DNA of 63,738 bases, filler included, from Octopus bimaculoides (Eukaryota), in NCBI RefSeq assembly GCF_001194135.2. It is 5 parts of 5 records of this genome, joined end to end, with 100 filler letters (N's around TTAATTAATTAA, not from the genome) between each part and the next. Parts side by side here need not be neighbours in the genome. Positions count along the whole stretch, not along the records: positions 43,397 to 56,469 come from NC_068994.1; positions 56,570 to 62,269 come from NC_068984.1; 3 more parts are not named here. One strand, given 5' to 3'. The translations under genes and the position numbers were made by a program. A model generated the notes under the pieces. That model ran no database searches, was not told the origin of the DNA, and was given only the letters and a program-made list of their open reading frames with translations. Below, in pieces: positions 49,241 to 61,734 of this stretch (position 1 is its first letter; each line of letters begins with the position of its first letter).

Positions 49241-50912
49241 TATTATTATTATTATTATTATTCGAAGAAATATGTAATTTCTTATCGAATTTCTTCAATT
49301 ATTTCCTTTATTTCTTTCTTCTAAGGTTTAACCTGCGTACTTGCATTAGATCGATGAAATAAGCATTAATCCATTGAAGAAGCCAGTAAAAGCNNNNNNN
49401 NNNNNNNNNNNNNNNNNNNNNNNNNNNNNNNNNNNNNNNNNNNNNNNNNNNNNNNNNNNNNNNNNNNNNNNNNNNNNNNNNNNNNNNNNNNNNNNNNNNN
49501 NNNNNNNNNNNNNNNNNNNNNNNNNNNNNNNNNNNNNNNNNNNNNNNNNNNNNNNNNNNNNNNNNNNNNNNNNNNNNNNNNNNNNNNNNNNNNNNNNNNN
49601 NNNNNNNNNNNNNNNNNNNNNNNNNNNNNNNNNNNNNNNNNNNNNNNNNNNNNNNNNATATATATATATATATATATAATTATAGGGAACACGATGTCAA
49701 ATGACGTAAGATTATAGATGTATATAATTAATGTTCAGGTCGAATTCGTGCCTAAACTCCGACTTTAAAAGCAACTTTAAATGCAAGGTTGTGATAGCTG
49801 CGTAAATGGAAATTGCCTATCGGCAATGCATCGATCAGGATGGTACATGTATTGCAGAATAAAAGGATAGACAGGCAAACAGCAGGAATCGGATAAATTA
49901 CGACAAATTTGTATTTATACAACATATAGAGAAGAACACACGCATAAAGAAGCGTAAATCACGGGAGATTTAGAATAAGTTCCACTACAGGATGTTCATA
50001 ATAGTTGCGATATAAGCTGGTAGAAGTCTCCAGGAGGAGGCATAAGTTTGAGATGACAGTTTGCAAAAGAAGGATATCACAGGTAAAATTCATGTAACTG
50101 AAAGAGAAGAAAGAAATAAGTTTACAGATTCAGCCTTACAGCTGTTTCAGAAATCGTTGTGTAACTGGTACAGTTTTCTGTAAGCTGCCTCCATCCAACA
50201 TTTTAGTGCTGTCATTTATACTTCTTTATGCATTTGTTTTTCTCTGTATGTTGAATGATTTGACCCGATACCTCTTGTTTTCCACTATACCTTTTTATTC
50301 TATCATACATACATACATACTTACATGATGTCCACTCGTGACCAAGGAAACTATGAAAAATGCCTGCAATACCCATGCTTGTGCTTATTGCGCCAGCAGC
50401 CTTCATCCGTGTTCGCGGCCGCAATTTCCATACTCACCGTGGTGCCCACTTAGTTGACCGGGCATCGGATATTCATCAGTGTTTGTACAACCCACAATTT
50501 TAGGTTCAATAAAGCTTGAGCAGAACCTCACAGACCTTTTCCGCCCTAGGGACAGGATCCAGCGACAAGCCAGAGCAAGATAGTTTGTGCCAAGATGGGT
50601 CGCAGGCTCAGAAAAGTAGGAGCGCCATAATCTCAAAGCAAGCAGACGATACCCAAAATGTTCAACGCTATTCCATTTTCTGCATATCTGGTTTTATATC
50701 CGAGTGATCTCGGGTATGTGTGTTATGTTACAGCGATAGTCTACTCAGTGGGGGACGGATATCGTTACTTCTGGCTATGTTTTCAAAAGACAATAAACAT
50801 AAAAGTATCCTTGCTCTGTTTGTAATATTGAGTTCTTTTGTTATTACAACAATCACTGGAGCAAAATTTGTTTCTCTCGTTCTCTCTCTTTATCAATCTA
50901 TCTATGTGTGTA

Positions 50913-50963
<51 letters not shown>

Positions 50964-51061
50964 ACATATATATATATATATATACGCGTATATATGTATT
51001 GCGCTCTCTTTTCAACTGTTCATATACACACATGCATACATTCACATATAGACGAGAGAGA

Positions 51062-51140
<79 letters not shown>

Positions 51141-51730
51141 GGGTATACAAACGGAGAAAAAGCTCTGAAAACAAACTTGTAATAAAAGAGTTTATTCATT
51201 CGTCGAAGTTATAATTTACTGCGTTGCTATTAACGATTAAAAAAAATTTATTTTTTTTAACCTTCTCGCTTCTATGCGTTCCTTCTGGCAGCATTCATTT
51301 CTCTCTATCTCTTCTCTCCCCATCTCCCTCTCTTTCTCTGTATCTGTGTGTATAGATGTCTGTCTGTCTGTATGTATGTACGTATGTATGTATGTATGTA
51401 TGCGCGCGTGTGTGTGTGTGTATACGTTGTATCAGGTCACGCTTAGCGCTAGAGGTAACATGTAACCCTTGACAACTTGTCGCATGGTCGGGCCGTCGTC
51501 GACCTTAAACGGGCAACCCTACCACATCTGCTTGATAAAGAATGGTGGTTTTCATTGGATAACTCGTAAGACGTAAAACAAAACTTGTCAAAGGGTGAAT
51601 GGACTCTATAGAACTTATAGTTGGGAGTGAGAGATCCCCTAGTCTTTGTTTGGACGTCTCTCAGACTAAGCACATAAGGTAGAAAAAAATACCACTCGAA
51701 TACTGGAGGTAGAGTAATATGCTTTATTCG

Positions 51731-51786
<56 letters not shown>

Positions 51787-51954
51787 GTATATATGTATGT
51801 ATGTATGTATACATACAGTCACACACACACACATACGCATATATATATATATACACACATGCATGCATATATACACACACACTCACACACACACACACAT
51901 ACACACACACGCACATGTTTGTTTCAAATTGTGGCAGAAATCCCAGCAATTCCG

Positions 51955-52138
51955 TAGAAGGAGGTTAAGTGGATTAAATCGTAACTGGTACTTATTTTAT
52001 ACCCCCACCCCCAAAGAATGAAAGGCCCCAGTCGATCCCAAGCGGCATTTAAAACTCAGAACGTAAAAATGGACGAAATGCCGTTCAAGCATTTTATGCC
52101 CGGCGCCGCGGTAACGACTCTGCCAGCTCACCGCCATT
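51955..52138 (-). mobile_element. SINE family D fragment
   Basis: gaatgaaaggc...aaaactcagaacgt...ctgccagctcaccgcc. Confidence 0.75.
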
Positions 52139-52678
52139 TTTTTATACGCACATTCATATTAAAATAAGAGAGAAAATTGCTAACAAAAGGATCAAGCACC
52201 GCGCCAAATTATGACAGGCAAGTGGCACGCGTACGTAAGACAGCAACTGGTGTGTTTGGCAGGTCGTATTGAGGGCTTTGCAAGATAACATGATAAGAGA
52301 ATAAGAAAGGAAGACAAAGGGGAAAAAGAAGACGGGACTCGACAAAGAGTGGTTATGTGAATTAGGGTTGATGGTGACGATGGTGGTGGTGGTAATGGTG
52401 GTGGTGGTGTTCTTAAATTGGAAGGAAGTTGTTGAAGGTAGCAAACAAAGAAAACCATCCATCCATCCAGTCGGTCGGCTAGCCAGCCAGCCAGTCGGCT
52501 AACCAGCCAGCTAGCCAGCCGACCGTCAACCTAATTCGTAGAGCGGAGGTGGGTTAAGCTGCGATGAGTCGGAGGAGAGGAGGTGGTGTAGAAAAACCTA
52601 ACGAGCGAAGGTGTAGAGTGGTGTAGAGTGGTTGGTTTATGCTTTGTGGGGAAAGGCGTGGATGTCAGGTGAGAGAGA

Positions 52679-52759
<81 letters not shown>

Positions 52760-52854
52760 ATTCAGTGTTGGTGACATCAGTTAGGGGTTGCCAGGTATGA
52801 GTAAATAAAACAAAGGAGAAAAAGGCGGGGATATAAAAGTTGGGGGCGGATGTC

Positions 52855-53030
52855 GCAAGAGGTTTGTTTCTAAACCACATGGCTTCCGGTTCAGTACCAC
52901 AGCATGCACACATACAACACAGCATAGAGCAAGTATCTTGGGCGAATATCTTCTACTAAAGCCGTGGGCCCACCAAATACTTGTGAGTGGATTTAGTAGA
53001 TGGAAACTGAAAGAAGCCTGGTGTATATAT
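52855..53030 (+). mobile_element. SINE family A 5' half, diverged
   Basis: aaccacatggcttccggttcagtacc...gtgagtggatttagtagatggaaactgaaagaagcc. Confidence 0.8.
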
Positions 53031-53135
53031 CGAAACGTTAAAGATTTTTTCAATTCCCGAGCGTTATACTAATACATCTGTTTGTTTTCTACACCACCTA
53101 TCTTCGTCTTTTTTTTTTTTTTTTGTGAATTCTAC
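53031..53135 (+). repeat. 5'-truncated repeat H2 inserted in a SINE (TA)n tract
   Basis: cgaaacgttaaagatttttt...gagcgttatactaatacatctgtttg aligns to 18742 onward and 59398 onward. Confidence 0.8.
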
Positions 53136-54214
53136 CTATATAGTTTCCGTCTATCAAATCCACTCACTTGCGGGCAGTAAAGAAATAAGATAACAAAAAC
53201 GGTGAAGACTTATATGTTAAACTTTAGAAAAGTCTTCGAAATATTTACGGTTCCACTTACAGACAGTATTCGTAATATTGTATCCTCGCTGGTAAATCTT
53301 TCCTTCTGAAAAATCCTAGCTCACACACGTATATNNNNNNNNNNNNNNNNNNNNNNNNNNNNNNNNNNNNNNNNNNNNNNNNNNNNNNNNNNNNNNNNNN
53401 NNNNNNNNNNNNNNNNNNNNNNNNNNNNNNNNNNNNNNNNNNNNNNNNNNNNNNNNNNNNNNNNNNNNNNNNNNNNNNNNNNNNNNNNNNNNNNNNNNNN
53501 NNNNNNNNNNNNNNNNNNNNNNNNNNNNNNNNNNNNNNNNNNNNNNNNNNNNNNNNNNNNNNNNNNNNNNNNNNNNNNNNNNNNNNNNNNNNNNNNNNNN
53601 NNNNNNNNNNNNNNNNNNNNNNNNNNNNNNNNNNNNNNNNNNNNNNNNNNNNNNNNNNNNNNNNNNNNNNNNNNNNNNNNNNNNNNNNNNNNNNNNNNNN
53701 NNNNNNNNNNNNNNNNNNNNNNNNNNNNNNNNNNNNNNNNNNNNNNNNNNNNNNNNNNNNNNNNNNNNNNNNNNNNNNNNNNNNNNNNNNNNNNNNNNNN
53801 NNNNNNNNNNNNNNNNNNNNNNNNNNNNNNNNNNNNNNNNNNNNNNNNNNNNNNNNNNNNNNNNNNNNNNNNNNNNNNNNNNNNNNNNNNNNNNNNNNNN
53901 NNNNNNNNNNNNNATATATATATACATATATATATATACATATATATATATGTACATATATATATGTATATATGTATGTTTGTATTCTGTCTGTGTTTAT
54001 GAATGTATGTATATATATATAAATATATATATTTATATAAGGGCATTACTACAGACTAATGCCACACACTAGACTTCCCAAATAAACACATTTTAGTACC
54101 GAATGCGAGGAAAGCAACCCACAGAAGAAAACCACCTTTCTTTTAAATAACTCGACTATGTATCGACCGATTTCGCGATTACTAGAATGAAATCTAGTTT
54201 CCGTTCATCAGTAT

Positions 54215-54310
54215 AGTATAGTCGGTTTGTTCGACTAAAATCTTTGAAGGGGGTGCTCCAGCATGGCCGCGGTCAAATGAGTGAAGCAAGTAAAAGAACA
54301 AAAGAAAAAT
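54215..54310 (+). mobile_element. SINE family A 3' tail
   Basis: ttcgactaaaa...gtgctccagcatggccgcggtcaaatgagtgaagcaagtaaaaga. Confidence 0.75.
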
Positions 54311-54762
54311 ATCCATTTATCCATCTTCTCCACCCTCTTTTCCAAGAAGGAAGGTGGAGTAGTGTTCTCTTACACTTGTTTCATCAGGTCCAATCAGAAA
54401 GCAACCGCCATTAGACATTCCGGTTATATTCCCAAGTGCAGAAAGCTGAGATTGTGAATATTATCCAATCAATTCGCTCTCGAGCTATAATCCTCGGTTT
54501 CCTGCCGGTTTGAAAGAATCCGGCTTGCGATTCTTTCCTGCGACATTATCCGGACTACTGAAGCTGTTGGCCTCTCAACGCAGAGAAGTAGCCGTTCGAG
54601 CTATGCATTTTGTCTGAGAGCTACGCATGTTGTCTGGCTAACAACAGCAGAGAATATATTTCTCTGAAGAGGTGTACTGTAACCAAAACGTGACCGCTGC
54701 TTGTAGTATCCACAAAGGGTTTGCGTAGGCCATAGTTATTGCTGCTTCCTCCAGACCCAGCA

Positions 54763-54805
<43 letters not shown>

Positions 54806-55059
54806 GCACACACACACACACACACACACACCACATCCTCTCCCAATCTACATTGTCTGTATTTTCTAAGAATGTCGATCAATTGAGTTTACCGGAAGCT
54901 GTTATCACCCTTGATAACAATTAGATTTTTAAGTACTCCGAAGGGAGATTTTGTATAATAATTGCTTGGATAATCTTAACTGGTTTTTCAACTTACTATA
55001 CTATTATGAATGAGACGCTACCATACCTGCATTTTTCCGTCTGCCATTTTTTCTCTTTC

Positions 55060-55111
55060 AGTTGGTCAGTCTCTCTTTTTCTCTCAGTGTCTCTGTCTGT
55101 CTGTCTGTATG

Positions 55112-55146
<35 letters not shown>

Positions 55147-55306
55147 ACTCTCTCTCCCTCTCAGCCACTCTCTCTGTTTTGTCTGTAACTTTCTCACTAA
55201 CCCCCTCTATTTGTCTGTTACCTCTTTTACTCTCTTCACCTCTCTCTGGCCGTCATTTCTCTCTCACTCTCTCCGTCACTTCTCTTTCTTCATGTCTCAG
55301 TGTTTT

Positions 55307-55342
<36 letters not shown>

Positions 55343-55800
55343 AGTCTTCCATTCAATGTTTTACTCTGTTCTTAGTCTCTCTGCCAAACAGTCTTTATCA
55401 GTTTAAAATATCTTTCTTTCATCTCTCTTACTCATCGCTCCCTTCCTTCTCTCACTCTTCTATTTCTCCCTCATCTCTCTGTCTCTATTCCCTTACTTTT
55501 TTCTCTTTCTCTCTCTCTCTCTCTCCCTTTTCTCTCTCCCTCTTCGCTTTCTTCCTCTCTCTCTCTCTCTCTCTCTCTCAATCTTCGCTTTCTTCCTCCT
55601 TCTCTCTGTCTCTGTCTCTGTCTCTGTCTCTCTCTGTCTCTCCCTGTCTCTATCTCTCTCTGTCTCTCTCTGTCTCTGTCTCTGTCTGTCTGTCTCTCTC
55701 TCTCTGTCTCTCTATCTCTCTCTCCCTCTCATTCGCTGCTTCTACCTATCAGTCTCTCTCTGCTTCTCCTTCCCCCTTATCAATTTTTCTATCTATTTCT
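55060..55800. repeat. Degenerate (CT)n/(CTGT)n polypyrimidine tract
   Basis: Direct reading. Confidence 0.93.
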
Positions 55801-56338
55801 TATTGTTTTATCAAATGGGATTTTACTTTGAAAATGGAGGAAGCAAAAAAAAAAAAAAAGACAATTAAAAATGAACGAGAAGAGATAATACTAAAAAAAA
55901 AAAGAAAAAACCCAGCAAAAACATAAAAGGAAAGACAAAATAGAAAACGAACATTGAAAAGACAGTTAAAAGGAAGAAAAATAATAAATATATTATTCAA
56001 AAAATATTTTAAAAATACCCCAGAACAAACGAAAAGAGATAAGGATGAAATACGAATGCGATAATCATTTATATTAATGTTAGTAATAAGAAATAATGAT
56101 AAAAGAATGTAGTAACAATTATCCTTTCAAACCATAACAAATTCATGTGTTGTCATTATTATATTGACCGCAAAAGTACAGCAAAAAGACTTGAGAAATG
56201 TAAGAAAATTTATACACGCCCGCGCGCACTGAGAATCGACATTCAGTCTGTTTCTCTCTCTCTCTCTCTCTCCCTCCCTCTCTCTCTCTCACACACACAC
56301 ACGCATGTAATGTGAATAACCTATGTATTTAAACATTA

Positions 56339-56415
<77 letters not shown>

Positions 56416-56422
56416 ATATATA

Positions 56423-56469
<47 letters not shown>

Positions 56470-56569
56470 NNNNNNNNNNNNNNNNNNNNNNNNNNNNNNN
56501 NNNNNNNNNNNNNTTAATTAATTAANNNNNNNNNNNNNNNNNNNNNNNNNNNNNNNNNNNNNNNNNNNN
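56470..56569. other. Artificial scaffolding linker
   Basis: 44N-TTAATTAATTAA-44N. Confidence 0.93.
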
Positions 56570-58056
56570 GTGTATGTGTGTGTGTGTGTGTATACATATG
56601 TGTGTGTGGAGAGTATATATTTAAGGAGAGACATGAATGCGTTGAGGGACATTTATGCGTAGACGTATATGTGTGTATGTGTGTGTGTGTGTGTACCTCT
56701 GTGTGTGTGTGTGTGTATACCTCTGTGTGTGTGTATGTGTGTGCGTGTGTGTGTGTGTGCGTGTGTGCCTCTGTGTGTGTGCCTCTGTGTGTGTGTGTGT
56801 GTAAGCTGCTCCATATTCGTTGGCTACGTTTCTGTATAGATCTCCAGTTAAGCAATACCTATAATAACACGTGAACTGTTAAGCTGATAAGGTGTAACGA
56901 GGCCGAAACATGCCCGGACTTACACCGTCCGACAAAAGAAAGATCAGATGTATTCCCCCACTGTATTTTATGTTAAATTAGTTCTAATTAATTAAATGTC
57001 AGTATTTTCCTTCTTCTTTCTTGGATACCGATTGGTTAATCTCATAAAGGGTGTAATTCAATTTTTTAAAAATCTCTTGGTTCACCATATGACGTACGTT
57101 CACGCCTACTTCATTGATAGTTGTACATAATTCAGTCCCACAGATTTCTTTTACCAAATCGGTTTCCTAATCTATCCGTATTCCTAACGTATGCAATTGG
57201 ACAGATTCATTGTACGTGCCTACTTAAGTAAATGAGACATACATATACATACATNNNNNNNNNNNNNNNNNNNNNNNNNNNNNNNNNNNNNNNNNNNNNN
57301 NNNNNNNNNNNNNNNNNNNNNNNNNNNNNNNNNNNNNNNNNNNNNNNNNNNNNNNNNNNNNNNNNNNNNNNNNNNNNNNNNNNNNNNNNNNNNNNNNNNN
57401 NNNNNNNNNNNNNNNNNNNNNNNNNNNNNNNNNNNNNNNNNNNNNNNNNNNNNNNNNNNNNNNNNNNNNNNNNNNNNNNNNNNNNNNNNNNNNNNNNNNN
57501 NNNNNNNNNNNNNNNNNNNNNNNNNNNNNNNNNNNNNNNNNNNNNNNNNNNNNNNNNNNNNNNNNNNNNNNNNNNNNNNNNNNNNNNNNNNNNNNNNNNN
57601 NNNNNNNNNNNNNNNNNNNNNNNNNNNNNNNNNNNNNNNNNNNNNNNNNNNNNNNNNNNNNNNNNNNNNNNNNNNNNNNNNNNNNNNNNNNNNNNNNNNN
57701 NNNNNNNNNNNNNNNNNNNNNNNNNNNNNNNNNNNNNNNNNNNNNNNNNNNNNNNNNNNNNNNNNNNNNNNNNNNNNNNNNNNNNNNNNNNNNNNNNNNN
57801 NNNNNNNNNNNNNNNNNNNNNNNNNNNNNNNNNNNNNNNNNNNNNNNNNNNNNNNNNNNNNNNNNNNNNNNNNNNNNNNNNNNNNNNNNNNNNNNNNNNN
57901 NNNNNNNNNNNNNNNNNNNNNNNNNNNNNNNNNNNNNNNNNNNNNNNNNNNNNNNNNNNNNNNNNNNNNNNNNNNNNNNNNNNNNNNNNNNNNNNNNNNN
58001 NNNNNNNNNNNNNNNNNNNNNNNNNNNNNNNNNNNNNNNNNNNNNNNNNNNNNNNN

Positions 58057-58087
<31 letters not shown>

Positions 58088-59248
58088 TAGTTACACACTC
58101 ATACACACATACATACACATATACACATACAATTACACACAAAAACGCATACACGCACACGTACACACACACACACACACACACATACACGCACACATAT
58201 ATACACATACACAGGCACTTACATATACACACATATACATATATACATACAATTACACACAAAAACATACACGCACACACACATACATACACGCACACAA
58301 TATACACATACACAGGCACTTATATATACACACATACACACGCATACACACACACACTATTAATCTTAATATATACACATCTAATCCAATATTAACAACA
58401 TGGCCAAATAGTTAAGCAAAGCACTTCGAAAACCACATGTCTCAGGTTCGATCTAACTGCGCGGTATCTTCAACAAGCGTGTTTTATCATTTCTTTTCGA
58501 AAGATGAAATTGGGTAGGAAGAAACTGTGCGGAAGCCCGTCAGACAGTGCGGTACAGTCCTTGAATTTGCTGCTCCCATGCCTACCTCCACGGAGCATCC
58601 AAGCCCATACATGATAATATAGCAGACCCCTAAAATTCTGCCCCCCATGAAAGTGTCGCCTAGGGCGGACCGTATCCCACCCCTATTACTGGTGACGTCA
58701 GTAGGACTTCGTACGTTGCAGCTGAGAATTACGTTCATTCAATATGTGTGCTATGGTATATTCGGCCAGAGAGTTCAGTTGATCAAACAATTGAATACTC
58801 GTCGTCGTAACTGACTGGGATCCACTTACTTTACTTGCACCAAACGCAAGAAAACACAGCAGATATAAGGCAGTACTCCAGCATGGGCAGAATAGTTCGA
58901 TCCAGCTAAAGGTGTCCGTGTGTGTCTGTCTGTGTCTGTCTGTGTGTTTAAATATGGATTATGGTTCGTACTGTTCTTCTTTTTTTATCATCATCATCAT
59001 CATCATCTCTTTCTTCCTTTTCCGTCTTCCTCTTCCTTCTACTTCTGCGTCTTCTTCATCGGGCAGACCTAGGGTCAATGGCACTCTAGCCGTAACCATC
59101 CCGTCGAAGACTACATTCTCCAATGAATCTTTCTCTTGTTTGAGATAACAAGATGTGATCCGTAAGAGATTTGGTTGCCATTTCTAATGGCTTTAAGAGA
59201 CCACGCACGCACGGACGGACGAACAGACAGACAGACAGACAGACAGAC

Positions 59249-59317
<69 letters not shown>

Positions 59318-59320
59318 TGG

Positions 59321-59520
59321 ATCGCTAGCCATTAAACCTTTTTCTATTTTCTCTCCCTGTTTATTTCTGTGTTCATTTCTGTTGAAGAGCGTAGGCTCGA
59401 AACGTAAAAGACTTTCTCACTTCCTGAGCGTTAAACTAATACATCTGTTTGTTGCTTACACACCTGTCTTGGTCTTTTGTTTTTTGTTGTTGTTATTGTT
59501 GTTTTTTTGTAAATTCTCAC
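59321..59520 (+). repeat. Complete 200-bp repeat H2 with minimal hammerhead fold (59376-59410), embedded in (GATA)n
   Basis: TTT-CTGTTGA-A-GAGC-gtag-GCTC-GAAAC-GTA-AAAG; (TAGA)n ends at 59316 and resumes at 59521. Confidence 0.78.
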
Positions 59521-59565
59521 TAGATAGATAGATAGATAGATANNNNNNNNNNCGACAATATTCAC

Positions 59566-59610
<45 letters not shown>

Positions 59611-59611
59611 G

Positions 59612-59794
59612 TAATCATTGGACTGCAGCCATGCTGGGCCACCACCGCCTTGAAGTTTTAGTCGTATGCATCGGCCCCAGTATTAAGTTTTTTTTAAGCC
59701 TGGTATTTATTCTATCGGTCTCTTTACTGAACCGATAGGTTACGAGGACGCAAACACACCAACCCTGGTTGTCAAGCAATGGTGGGACAAACAA

Positions 59795-59831
<37 letters not shown>

Positions 59832-59960
59832 TACCAAATCCACTCACAAGTATCTACTTCTATAGTAGAAGACACTTGCTCAAGGTGCCACACAGCGGGA
59901 CTGAACCCGAAACCATGTAGTTAGGAAGCAAACTTCTTCCTACACACCCACGCCAGCACC
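59612..59960 (-). mobile_element. SINE family A, diverged with internal deletions
   Basis: cattggactgcagccatgctgg...ctaccaaatccactcacaag...caaggtgccacacagcgggactgaacccg. Confidence 0.85.
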
Positions 59961-60211
59961 TGCACATTAGATTCTCGTTAGATAAATATATTCATAATAT
60001 ACATTAGTATTAATGCACGCAGATTATCGTAGGTACACAAAGCATAGAATAATAAATGACTTCATTAAGTCCTAATATTGATACTACTATACACATTGTG
60101 GTTAATCCTTTATAAGCAGTGACAAGAGTAACACAAACATCCGTTGAAATGACAGCGAAAATACGATCAATCAGTTTAACCTACGATGTTCAACGAAGAG
60201 AAACTAGGGGG

Positions 60212-60615
60212 TATACCAGGTGCGAAAACGGATACATTGTCGATATTCTATATTTTTAATTTCGCGCATACGCATTGTTTGTTTTTGATTTTGTCGACAA
60301 CACAGTATAGTAGGGTCAGTTGGGCACCGTTTGTGAGAAAAACAGCACCATGACGCAATTCACTCTGCCAGAAATTTGGAAACGACATTCTGTAATGCTT
60401 GGCATTCGCGCCGGAAGTTCCAATACGAACATTTCGGAGAGTTTGAGTGGCAATTTGAGGACAGTGCAGAGGATTCGGAAAGAGTTGGGTGAGTCTAATG
60501 GTGATTACAAAGGTACGGCAGCTCGAAAAATTCACTTTGATCGTTCTGATGAGAAAAGAAAAACTCCTGAAGTTTTGGAGAGATCCAGGCCATGATTAAC
60601 AAAGATCCTTCTAAG
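60212..60615 (+). mobile_element. DD37D-family transposon 5' end (TIR relic plus N-terminal HTH)
   Basis: MTQFTLPEIWKRHSVMLGIRAG...LRTVQRIRKELGESNGDYKGTAARKIHFDRSDEKR, homologous to the N-termini at 24313-24560 and ~16100-16250; TA-TACCAGGTG start. Confidence 0.75.
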
Positions 60616-60784
60616 TTTCTAAATTGTCGTCTAAATTTCTAAATTACGCAAAAATGAAAATAACTTTTGATCAGGTGTCAAAAGTCGTGGCCCCCTTCAA
60701 GCAGAAACCTTTCGACATGCCAAGTTCTATGTCTGACTGGTTGTACTGTAGTAGTACACGGTATGTGGATTTTCATGGTGAGCT

Positions 60785-60807
60785 CTGATTGGCTGTATGC
60801 AAATGAG
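60785..60807. promoter_or_regulatory. Candidate CCAAT box plus octamer composite
   Basis: CTGATTGGCT (revcomp AGCCAATCAG) 2 nt from ATGCAAAT(GAG); motif match only. Confidence 0.3.
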
Positions 60808-61105
60808 TTCATTACTGGAGTCCAGAACTCTCAAAAGAAAAAAAAAATTCGCGGCCCGCAAGGTAAGGTGCCTGTTGCAGCGAATGTCGCTGGCCATTTG
60901 TCTGCGGTATCGCCTTTGCATTCATGTCCACAAAGCGTGATTGAACAAACCATTTGTTCTGGAGTGTGCAACCCGTTACTCCCTCTCCACCATCTTCTGC
61001 TGCTTAATCTACTTCGCTTTCTTTTTCTTTATTGTCTTGGTAATGCAGCTAACAATTCCACCTTTTAATGAGTGTTTTCCTTTTCTTCCTGTAAAAAGGT
61101 TATTA

Positions 61106-61273
61106 ATAGGCGCAGGAGTGGCTGTGTGGTAAGTAGCTTGCTTACCAACCACATGGTTCCAGGTTCATTCCCACTGCGTGGCACCTTGGGCAAGTGTCTT
61201 CTACTACTGCCTCGGGCCGACCAAAGCCTTGTGAGTGGATTTGGTAGACGGAAACTGAAAGAAGCCCGTCGTA

Positions 61274-61348
<75 letters not shown>

Positions 61349-61560
61349 TTGTGTGTCTGTGTTTGTCCCCCCAGCATCGCTTGACAACCAATGCTGGTGT
61401 GTTTACGTCCCCGTAACCTAGCGGTTCGGCAAAAGTAACCGATAGAATAATCATTAGGCTGCCAAGGAATAAGTCCTGGGGTCGATTTGCTCGACTAAAG
61501 TCGATACTCCAGCATGGCCGCAGTCAAATGACTGAAACAAGTAAAAGAGTAAAAGAGTAA
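61106..61560 (+). mobile_element. SINE family A, full length (reference copy in this window)
   Basis: tRNA-like head (TGGCTGTGTGG, GGTTCATTCCC), internal (TA)n(TG)n, tail (GTAAAAGA)2. Confidence 0.95.
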
Positions 61561-61734
61561 TAGAAATGTGATTCGTATGTGGAAGAGAAAAGACTTAAAG
61601 AGTTACTTCCCATGTACTTATGCTGTTGTTGTTTATTCAGTATAAGTTGTCTCCCTTGTATCCGTAAATCCTTAATCCATTAATCGTTATCGTTAAACCG
61701 TTTCCCAAGAGTTGAGTTCATACTTCACGCATTA

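Noticed and set aside
50700-50725. CCGAG-tgat-CTCGG hairpin as a Helitron 3' end
   Set aside because: No CTRR terminus follows.
60546-60565. CTGATGAG...GAAAAAC hammerhead-like string
   Set aside because: No helix II; it is transposase coding sequence (RSDEKR).
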